A DNA stretch of 13,032 nt from Candidatus Eiseniibacteriota bacterium (GCA_034440375.1 JAWXBZ010000141.1:1-13032); one strand, 5' to 3'; positions 1-5,996 are shown, counted from the stretch's first letter. A program made the numbers and translations. Notes: a model not told the origin generated them from the letters alone.

Positions 1-54
1 CAGCCAGGAGCAGTGCGTACCCTTCACCAACAAGTGCCAACCATTTCAGCGACA

Positions 55-79
55 TAACATGTTGTAATAAAACAATATG
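55..79. promoter_or_regulatory. 25-bp AT-rich quasi-palindromic motif, copy A (IHF-like site)
   Basis: TAACATGTTGTAATAAAACAATATG aligns ungapped with the copies at 1365-1389 and 3229-3253; this is the most degenerate copy. Confidence 0.35.
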
Positions 80-133
80 TCTAGAGTGAGCGCACTGATT
101 TTTGATGCCAGTTTCCAAAAAGAGCAAAAAATG

Positions 134-162
134 TTGCGCTTTTATTTGCCTTAATGCAAAAT
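134..162 (+). promoter_or_regulatory. Candidate sigma70-type promoter for ATPase 1 (possibly leaderless)
   Basis: TTGCGC (134-139), 17-nt spacer, CAAAAT (157-162), then 6 nt to ATG 169; no SD sequence. A TTTGC-N6-GCAAA inverted repeat (145-160) overlaps it. Confidence 0.4.
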
Positions 163-168
163 AAGTAC

Positions 169-1344
169 ATGACGTTCCCCCGCTACCTCGAAGCCCCTAT
201 TCGTGCCGACCTCGCAGGAAAGATGGTGCTCTTGGCTGGGCCGCGGCAGGTGGGTAAGACGACGTTGGCTAGGCGGCTTCTCGATGAGGAGTCGGTGGGG
301 GCTTATTTTAATTGGGATAATCGGTTGGATCGGAAGGAGATTCGGGCGGCTCGTTGGCCGGGGGGGCGTGCGCTGGTTGTGCTGGATGAACTGCATAAGT
401 GGCGGTCTTGGAAGGGCTGGCTGAAGGGGGAGTTTGATGCGCACCGGGAGCGGCTGAGGTTTCTTGTCACCGGGAGTGCTCGGATGGACACCTATAGACG
501 TGGCGGGGACTCGCTGCAGGGTCGGTATCATCATTATCGCCTGCATCCGCTGTCAGTTGCGGAGCTTCGCTCCGAGGGGGTGGCCGACTTGCCGATTCCG
601 GGAGGCGAGATCCAGGTGCCGCTGCAGGGTGACGCGGCCGTCGTTCAGTCCATGATGGCTTTCAGCGGTTTCCCGGAACCGTTTCTGGCCCAATCGGCGC
701 GGACCTGGCGGCGCTGGCAGAAGGATCGCCTTGATCGATTCTTCCGCGAGGATGTCCGGGACCTTGAATCTGTTCGCGATCTGTCTTCAATGCAGCTCTT
801 GGCCGACATGCTGCCCGAACGGGTCGGATCGCCGTTGTCGCTAAATGCGCTCCGTGAAGATCTCGAGGTGAGTCACCGGGCGGTGACGCACTGGGTGGAC
901 ATCCTGGAGCGGCTGTACCACATCTTTCGGCTGCGGCCGTTTGTGTCCAAGCGGGCGCAGGGACTTCGGCTTATGCCGAAGGCTTACCTGTGGGATTCCA
1001 GCCTGGTGTCCGATGCCGGACCGCGATTTGAAAATCTCGTGGCGCTTCACCTGCTCAAGCTTTGCCATTTACTGGAAGACCGAGAAGGGATCCGGGCTGA
1101 ACTCTCCTATCTCCGGGATCGTACCGGTCGGGAAGTAGACTTCCTTGTATCGATCGACCGGGAACCATGGTTTGCCGTGGAGGCAAGGGTTTCAGGTGTG
1201 CGCATTGACCCCTCCCTCCTCTATTACCGCGAGCGTCTGCAAATTCCCTACAGCTATCAGGTGGTCCTTGAGGGGGAGCGCGACTTTGTCGAGGAGGGCG
1301 TCCGATGCCTGCCGGCGGCGAGATTTCTTGCAGCGCTCTGCTAG
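169..1344 (+). CDS. AAA+ ATPase with C-terminal DUF4143 / PD-(D/E)xK-like domain (COG1373-type ATP-binding protein)
   Basis: Walker A GPRQVGKT, Walker B LVVLDELHK, VTGSA, DSLQGR, SGFPEPF, and C-terminal FENLV...REVDFL...AVEAR. The ORF track starts at 154; ATG 169 is preferred because it lies 6 nt after a candidate -10 box. Confidence 0.9.
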   Translation: MTFPRYLEAPIRADLAGKMVLLAGPRQVGKTTLARRLLDEESVGAYFNWDNRLDRKEIRAARWPGGRALVVLDELHKWRSWKGWLKGEFDAHRERLRFLVTGSARMDTYRRGGDSLQGRYHHYRLHPLSVAELRSEGVADLPIPGGEIQVPLQGDAAVVQSMMAFSGFPEPFLAQSARTWRRWQKDRLDRFFREDVRDLESVRDLSSMQLLADMLPERVGSPLSLNALREDLEVSHRAVTHWVDILERLYHIFRLRPFVSKRAQGLRLMPKAYLWDSSLVSDAGPRFENLVALHLLKLCHLLEDREGIRAELSYLRDRTGREVDFLVSIDREPWFAVEARVSGVRIDPSLLYYRERLQIPYSYQVVLEGERDFVEEGVRCLPAARFLAALC

Positions 1345-1364
1345 GCGGGGCCGGGTTCTCGTCA

Positions 1365-1389
1365 TAAATCATTATGTAATAATGGCTTA
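1365..1389. promoter_or_regulatory. 25-bp AT-rich quasi-palindromic motif, copy B (IHF-like site)
   Basis: TAAATCATTAT-GTA-ATAATGGCTTA; 9 of 11 arm positions are complementary. Confidence 0.45.
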
Positions 1390-1443
1390 ACTGACTGGCC
1401 GGGCCAGGCTGACCTGAAACTCCTCGATCCAAGCGTAAAAAAG

Positions 1444-1474
1444 TTGCATTCCTCCCACCATTTCAGGGTATATT
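1444..1474 (+). promoter_or_regulatory. Candidate promoter for the cold-shock gene
   Basis: TTGCAT (1444-1449) and TATATT (1469-1474). The 19-nt spacer is long. An A-run lies just upstream. This would give a leader of about 170 nt. Confidence 0.4.
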
Positions 1475-1488
1475 CTCCATCGCGCCAA

Positions 1489-1614
1489 CCAACTCAACCT
1501 ATATTGTGGTGGCGACTCGGTCTCTGGCGGTTGTTGGGGGGCGGGGGTTTTAGCCTATCGTGAGGGCATCTGATCACGAACATACTGTAGTCGAACGGCA
1601 TGGTGTTGAGCTGG
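1489..1614 (+). promoter_or_regulatory. Structured 5' leader of the cold-shock gene (candidate cis-regulatory RNA)
   Basis: Nested pairings: 1489-1498/1605-1614, 1499-1507/1595-1603 (several G-U pairs), 1513-1517/1589-1593, 1518-1521/1584-1587, and an inner hairpin 1558-1563/1574-1579. Confidence 0.45.
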
Positions 1615-1649
1615 GCCCCGATTGCGAAGTTTACGAAAGAGGTAGGAAG

Positions 1650-1856
1650 ATGACGATGACCGGAACGGTGAAGTGGTTCAACGACACCAAGGGCTTTGGG
1701 TTCATTACGCCGGAGGATGGCGGCAAGGACCTGTTCGTTCACCACTCGGCCATCCAGGCGCAGGGCTTTAAGTCGCTCGCCGAGGGTGAGCGTGTCCAGT
1801 TCGAAATCGTCCAGGGTCAGAAGGGTCCGGCGGCCGACAAGGTCGTGAAGCTCTAA
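1650..1856 (+). CDS. csp: Cold-shock protein (CspA family)
   Basis: [15 protein letters not shown] (RNP1), DLFVHHSAI (RNP2), [15 protein letters not shown]...GQKGPAA. SD-like GAGGTAGGA at 1639-1647. Start is ATG 1650 or 1656. Confidence 0.97.
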   Translation: MTMTGTVKWFNDTKGFGFITPEDGGKDLFVHHSAIQAQGFKSLAEGERVQFEIVQGQKGPAADKVVKL

Positions 1857-1867
1857 GACTCTGACAT

Positions 1868-1885
1868 CGGACTCTCCGGAGTCCG
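1868..1885 (+). other. Stable hairpin in the csp 3' UTR
   Basis: CGGACTC-TCCG-GAGTCCG: perfect 7-bp stem with a C(UNCG)G tetraloop. Confidence 0.6.
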
Positions 1886-1897
1886 TTGGAGTTATCG

Positions 1898-1935
1898 AGG
1901 CCGGTTCACCGAGAGGTGGACCGGCCTTCGGTTTT
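1898..1935 (+). terminator. Intrinsic terminator after csp (between convergent genes)
   Basis: AGGCCGGTTCACC-GAGA-GGTGGACCGGCCT: 13-bp stem with one G-U pair and a GNRA loop, followed by TCGGTTTT. Confidence 0.75.
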
Positions 1936-1963
1936 GATGCCGACGCTTGCCCCGAGCTGGCGC

Positions 1964-3151
1964 CTAAAGCAAGTCGCTGAGCCCGGATGAGAAGAAGGCC
2001 TCCAGGTTCGCCGGATCCGGTCCGACCTGGCGCACGCTGGCGGCTGGATACTTGGCGGTGAAGGCGGTCAGCCCTGGCGCCGGTCGATCGACGCGACCGG
2101 TTTTCACCTCGATGGCCGCGGTCTTTCCCAGCCGGTGAAGGACAAAGTCGACCTCCCACTTGCCGTCGGCCCAGTAGAAGACCTCCCCCGTCGAGCCCCA
2201 GAGGGTGTTCAGCAGGTGTGTTCCCACGGCGGATTCTACAAGGCGACCCCAGTAGACGGGATCCTGTCTGGCCGTCTCGAAGGTGTAGGAACTAAAGGCC
2301 GACTGAAGGGCGGTATTCCAGACCTGCAGCTTTGGGCTTGAGCCACGCTGACGTGCCCGGTCAATCGAGAATTTTCTCAACCCGGACACCATCCCGACTC
2401 CGGCCAGCAGGTCCAGGTAATGGGCCATGGTGGTTGAGTTGCCGAAATTTTGTAATTGTCCCAGCATCTTGGTGTAGGAGAGGGCCTGGCCGGAGTGCTC
2501 ACATGCCAGGCCGACAAGCCGTCGAAGCAGTGCGGGCTTGGCAACGCGCGTCGTGAGCAGAACATCACGGCCGATCATCGGCTCAATCATCGAGTCCTGG
2601 ATGAACTGCTTCCATCGGGCGATGTCGTCGGTTTTTCCCTCGCTGCCGGGGAAGCCCCCAAAGTAGATGTATTTTTCCAAATGCCACCCGAACGCTTCCT
2701 TCATTTCCCGAAAGGACCAGTGGGGCATGCGGAGGAGCTCGAATCGGCCGGCCAGTGACTCGGTGAGTCCGGAGTGAATCAGCAGGAGTGATGAACCGGT
2801 CACGACGACATGAAGTGGTCGCTCACGCCAAGTGTCCTCGTCCCAGTGAAGTTTCACGGACTCGGACCATTGAGACACCTTTTGTACCTCGTCCAGGACC
2901 AGCACCGCCGGTGTTCCACCGACAACCAGTTTCGTGGCCTCGGCCCATTGTTGACTGATCCAGTCTGGTCCAACGGCATTTGGGGTATCTGCGGTCGCAA
3001 AGTGGTGCGGAAGGTTCATTCGCTCGAGGAGCTGGCGAATCATGGTTGTCTTACCGACCTGGCGCGGTCCGATAATGGCCTGAATCGATCGGCGTGGCTC
3101 CTGCAGGCGACCCTGGAGGGTTGCGTATTGTGCGCGCACAAACGTTTTCAT
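1964..3151 (-). CDS. Second AAA+ ATPase with C-terminal DUF4143 / PD-(D/E)xK-like domain
   Basis: Walker A GPRQVGKT, Walker B LVLDEVQK, VTGSS, ESLAGR, GGFPG, and GRLVESAVG...EVDFV...AIEVK. Start ATG 3151 (MKTFVR) is preferred over 3169. Confidence 0.9.
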   Translation of the reverse strand: MKTFVRAQYATLQGRLQEPRRSIQAIIGPRQVGKTTMIRQLLERMNLPHHFATADTPNAVGPDWISQQWAEATKLVVGGTPAVLVLDEVQKVSQWSESVKLHWDEDTWRERPLHVVVTGSSLLLIHSGLTESLAGRFELLRMPHWSFREMKEAFGWHLEKYIYFGGFPGSEGKTDDIARWKQFIQDSMIEPMIGRDVLLTTRVAKPALLRRLVGLACEHSGQALSYTKMLGQLQNFGNSTTMAHYLDLLAGVGMVSGLRKFSIDRARQRGSSPKLQVWNTALQSAFSSYTFETARQDPVYWGRLVESAVGTHLLNTLWGSTGEVFYWADGKWEVDFVLHRLGKTAAIEVKTGRVDRPAPGLTAFTAKYPAASVRQVGPDPANLEAFFSSGLSDLL

Positions 3152-3157
3152 GGCAAC

Positions 3158-3166
3158 AATATAGCA
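3158..3166 (-). promoter_or_regulatory. Extended -10 promoter for ATPase 2 (leaderless candidate)
   Basis: The minus strand reads TGcTATATT-gttgcc-ATG; no SD sequence. Confidence 0.55.
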
Positions 3167-3167
3167 C

Positions 3168-3207
3168 ATTTACTAGATGCATCTCGCAAATTTACTAGAT
3201 GTAACTC
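3168..3207. repeat. Direct repeat with a 22-bp period over the ATPase 2 promoter (candidate operator)
   Basis: ATTTACTAGATG is exact at 3168-3179 and 3190-3201, extending to 16/18 identity (ATTTACTAGATGCATCTC vs ATTTACTAGATGTAACTC). Confidence 0.75.
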
Positions 3208-3228
3208 ATAAACGCGTCTGATAGGCCA

Positions 3229-3253
3229 TAAAATGTTATTTTATAGCAACTTA
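3229..3253. promoter_or_regulatory. 25-bp AT-rich quasi-palindromic motif, copy C (IHF-like site)
   Basis: TAAAATGTTATTTTATAGCAACTTA, preceded by CA like the other two copies. Confidence 0.45.
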
Positions 3254-3330
3254 CAATCGTCGAACTACCCGGGCCAGAGATGCGGTCGAAAAACGCCCAT
3301 TCCGTAAACACTTGAATGAAGGCGCATAGC

Positions 3331-3354
3331 TTGTACATAACGTACAAATAGTAC
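3331..3354. promoter_or_regulatory. Candidate toxin-antitoxin operator
   Basis: TTGTAC-N5-GTACAA perfect inverted repeat (3331-3347), with GTAC at 3333, 3342 and 3351 (9-bp period), upstream of the antitoxin remnant. Confidence 0.55.
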
Positions 3355-3405
3355 GTAGCTTTGGCGGCCCTTGGATGGTCGTCAATTGAACTTGGGAGAT
3401 CATCA

Positions 3406-3507
3406 ATGACACGTCTTGGCGCCAGTAAGGTGCGTGAGGGGCTTGCACTCAAGGAGTCGGGGTCCGTCCTCTATGAAAAGGCCCGGGAGGATCTCGGCCT
3501 TAAGTGA
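3406..3507 (+). pseudogene. Phd/YefM-family antitoxin remnant (33 aa, apparent internal in-frame deletion)
   Basis: SD GGAG at 3395-3398. Translates as MTRLGASKVREGLALKESGSVLYEKAREDLGLK*. The N-terminus resembles Phd/YefM starts, and the C-terminus resembles the '...ALKE.G.V.WE..K.ELGL' tail of antitoxins that precede RelE toxins. Confidence 0.65.
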
Positions 3508-3571
3508 CACCAGCATCCCACGGTCCCTATCGTCTGGAAATCAAGAAGTCCGCCTTGAAAGCCATTTATCG
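3504..3571 (+). pseudogene. RelE/ParE-family toxin N-terminal fragment
   Basis: GTG start overlaps the antitoxin stop (GTGA). MTPASHGPYRLEIKKSALKAIY matches the RelE beta1-alpha1 pattern (Y.(L/I)E..KSA.K.L). The frame then runs antisense into queE (stop at 3758) with no further RelE resemblance. Confidence 0.6.
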
Positions 3572-4204
3572 TCAAACCCCCCTCGTCGCCGCATCCCAGA
3601 TGTACTTGTGCATCTGCACCTGCAGCCTGGCGGAAACGCGGTCGGCGAGCATCCATTCGGCCAGGGGGCGGAGTTCGAGATCGCCATGGACCGGGGAGAA
3701 CAGAAGAGGCCAGCGGTCGAGGTTCTTGTCCCTGATGGTCTGCAGCGCCCAGTCGTAATCCGCCCGGTTGGCCAGTACGAACTTGAGTTCGCACCCTCTC
3801 CAGAGTCGGCCCAGGTTCTGCCAGTCCATCTTGTCGGACATGTGGCTGCCGGGGCACTTGATGTCCATGATGACGCGGGCCCTGGGATCGATGACGGAGA
3901 TGTCCCGGTGGCCGCCGGTTTCGACGAGGACTTCGTGTCCCAGGTCGAGGAGGCGGCGGCAGAGTTCGGGGGCTTCCGGGGCCTCCAGCGGATCGCCGCC
4001 GGTCAGCTCGATGAGCGGGCAGCCGTAGCTCCGCACCTCGGCGATGATCTCGTCGAGCGACCTTTCCCGGCCTTCGTAAAAAGCGTACTTGGTGTCGCAC
4101 CAGACACAGCGGAGGGAACAGCCGGTGGTGCGGACAAAGACGCAGGGGCGGCCCGCGTGCGTGGATTCGCCCTGGATGCTGTGGAAAATTTCGTTGATCT
4201 TCAT
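3572..4204 (-). CDS. queE: 7-carboxy-7-deazaguanine synthase (radical SAM)
   Basis: MKINEIFHSIQGES...GRPCVFVRTTGCSLRCVWCDT (CX3CX2C), ELTGGDP, VETGG, MDIKCPGS, ELKFV, RLQVQMHKYIW; adjacent to queD. Confidence 0.95.
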   Translation of the reverse strand: MKINEIFHSIQGESTHAGRPCVFVRTTGCSLRCVWCDTKYAFYEGRERSLDEIIAEVRSYGCPLIELTGGDPLEAPEAPELCRRLLDLGHEVLVETGGHRDISVIDPRARVIMDIKCPGSHMSDKMDWQNLGRLWRGCELKFVLANRADYDWALQTIRDKNLDRWPLLFSPVHGDLELRPLAEWMLADRVSARLQVQMHKYIWDAATRGV

Positions 4205-4236
4205 GGGTGGCGTCCATCAGCCGGGTGGCGGGCTGA

Positions 4237-4608
4237 TTACTCTTTCCAGTAGGCCGCCGAGCAGTCCGGCATCTCCCAGATGCGGACGACGTGCGGGCGG
4301 ATGCCCTTGGGGGCGAGGCGACGTTCCAGTTCCTGGTGAAACCAGGCGGCCAGGTTTTCCGAGGTGGGGTTGACCTCGATGAACGGAGGGATCTCGTTCA
4401 GGTTACGGTGGTCGACCATCTCCAGGAGCTCATCCATGGCGGCTCCCAGATCCATGAAATCGACGACCATGCCCATCGGATCGACTTTGGGGGCGCGGAC
4501 GGTCACCTCGACGGTCCAATTGTGGCCGTGGAGGCGGGCGCAGGGGCCGTCGTAATTGCGCAGGAAATGGGCGGCGGCGAATGTGGCCTTCTTCGTGACT
4601 TCAAACAT
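4237..4608 (-). CDS. queD: 6-carboxy-5,6,7,8-tetrahydropterin synthase
   Basis: FAAAHFL...GPCARLHGHNW (CX3HGH motif), GMVVDF, DHRNLNE, NPTSENLA, IWE. Start ATG 4608 (MFEVTKK) is preferred over 4689. Confidence 0.95.
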   Translation of the reverse strand: MFEVTKKATFAAAHFLRNYDGPCARLHGHNWTVEVTVRAPKVDPMGMVVDFMDLGAAMDELLEMVDHRNLNEIPPFIEVNPTSENLAAWFHQELERRLAPKGIRPHVVRIWEMPDCSAAYWKE

Positions 4609-4617
4609 AGGCCGGAA

Positions 4618-4626
4618 AGTGTAGCA
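4618..4626 (-). promoter_or_regulatory. Candidate extended -10 promoter for queD-queE
   Basis: The minus strand reads TGcTACACT, 9 nt before ATG 4608; no SD sequence. Confidence 0.4.
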
Positions 4627-4684
4627 CGGGGCCAGCCGTTTGCCCTTGGGGCGAAACCGGCAGGGCCGGGCACTCTCCAAAGTG

Positions 4685-4728
4685 TTCAACCGGCAGACCC
4701 ATCTACTATAGTGTCACCTCTCCGGAGG
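4685..4728 (+). promoter_or_regulatory. Candidate promoter and RBS of the efflux operon
   Basis: TTCAAC (4685-4690), 16 nt, TATAGT (4707-4712); GGAGG at 4724-4728. Confidence 0.4.
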
Positions 4729-4739
4729 ACTTTCAGAGT

Positions 4740-5996
4740 ATGTCATCCACGAAAACTGCTGATATTTCGTCACTTAGGATCGATCGGACAAACAAGCGCG
4801 GTGGGCGCGGGCTCTTCTTCTGGGTCGGCCTGATTGTCGTTTTGGGATTGGTCGGCGCCGTGGCGGTCCAGCTCGCCATGAGCCTTCGAAAGCCGCCAGA
4901 GGTTCGCGTGGCGCTGGCCGAGGCGGGCGGTATTGCGGGTGGCGTTGTCCGTAGCGAGATTTTGACCGCCAACGGATACGTGGTTCCGCGGCTCAAGGCA
5001 TCGGTGTCCTCCGAGGTTGGCGGGCGGTTGGCCGCCCTCTACGTGGAGGAAGGAGATACGGCGTCGGCCGGACAGGTGCTGGGTGTGCTCCGGAACGATG
5101 ACTTCAAGGCGCAAATTCGGGGCGACGAGGCGCGATTGGAAACGGCAAGGGCCAAGGTGGCCCGGGCCAAGGCCGAGCGCGATCGTGCGGTGATTGAGCT
5201 TCGCCGCCAAAAGGAAATCATCGAGAAGGGACTCGGCGCCCAGACGACGCTGGACGATGCCTCGAGCCGGATGGATGTGGCGGTGGCCGAACTTGGCGCG
5301 GCGGAAGCGGGCTCGCGCGAGGCAACGGCCACCCTTCAGATGGCGCGTGAAAACCTCCAGAAGACATTCATCAAGGCACCATTCGATGGAACGATCCTTC
5401 GCAAGGAGGCCGAAGTCGGGGAGATTGTCAGCCCGCTGCCGGCCAACGGTGGCCTGACCCGCGGCGCCATCGTGACGATGGCCGATCTCAAATCGAGCGA
5501 GATGATCGTGGATGTGAACGAGGGATATGTGGCTCGCGTCCACGAAAAACAGCCGGCGGAGGTCGAGCTGGATGCCTACCAGGGAGTCCGTTTTCCGGCC
5601 CGCGTCCGCCAGGTGGTGCCCACGGCCGACCGGCAGAAGGCCACCGTGCAGGTGAAGGTGTCATTCGACAAGCCCGATCCGCGAATTCTTCCCGAAATGG
5701 GCGGCAAGGTTTACTTCCTCAACGCGGGAGATGGAACCGCGGGTGGCGGCGCGGCGCCTGGATCCGGGGCGATCGTCCTCGTTCCGACCGCGGCGGTCGC
5801 GCAGCGTGAGGGCCGACCGATCGTCTGGCTGGTCAAGGATGGCCGGGTGGCCGCAAGGCCGGTGGAATTGCTCGGCCCCGTCGGCGACAAGACCCGCATT
5901 GGCGCCGGGCTGGCCGGCGGAGAGTCGGTGGTTCTGGGAGCGCCCGAGACATTGAAGGATGGTGACCGGGTCACCGTCGTGGAAGGAGCGTTGTAG
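4740..5996 (+). CDS. Efflux periplasmic adaptor subunit (MFP/HlyD, MacA-like)
   Basis: N-terminal transmembrane segment, LTANGYVV...[18 protein letters not shown], coiled-coil hairpin, IKAPFDGTI...[29 protein letters not shown]. Confidence 0.92.
   Translation: MSSTKTADISSLRIDRTNKRGGRGLFFWVGLIVVLGLVGAVAVQLAMSLRKPPEVRVALAEAGGIAGGVVRSEILTANGYVVPRLKASVSSEVGGRLAALYVEEGDTASAGQVLGVLRNDDFKAQIRGDEARLETARAKVARAKAERDRAVIELRRQKEIIEKGLGAQTTLDDASSRMDVAVAELGAAEAGSREATATLQMARENLQKTFIKAPFDGTILRKEAEVGEIVSPLPANGGLTRGAIVTMADLKSSEMIVDVNEGYVARVHEKQPAEVELDAYQGVRFPARVRQVVPTADRQKATVQVKVSFDKPDPRILPEMGGKVYFLNAGDGTAGGGAAPGSGAIVLVPTAAVAQREGRPIVWLVKDGRVAARPVELLGPVGDKTRIGAGLAGGESVVLGAPETLKDGDRVTVVEGAL

Noticed and set aside
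1560..1649. 30-aa N-terminal extension of the cold-shock protein
   Set aside because: An SD-like sequence precedes ATG 1650/1656, giving the typical 66-68 aa size; the extension lies in the structured leader.
3416..4252. 278-aa + strand ORF, and the full 84-aa ORF 3504-3758 as an intact toxin
   Set aside because: Both are mostly antisense to queE. Only the first ~22 codons from 3504 look RelE-like, and the toxin-like length is coincidental.
1964..4608. QatABCD or Dpd defence system (ATPase plus que genes)
   Set aside because: No QueC-like, TatD, QatB or DpdA/TGT-like gene is present, the ATPase is of the DUF4143 type, and it is separated from queE by its own promoter and the TA remnant.
4609..4739. 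preQ1 riboswitch upstream of queD
   Set aside because: No preQ1-I-like stem with an A-rich tail on the minus strand. Only a GC hairpin at ~4635-4661, which lies upstream of the predicted promoter.
4752..4776. Possible fourth copy of the 25-bp motif (AAAACTGCTGATATTTCGTCACTTA)
   Set aside because: It misses several consensus positions and lies inside a coding region.
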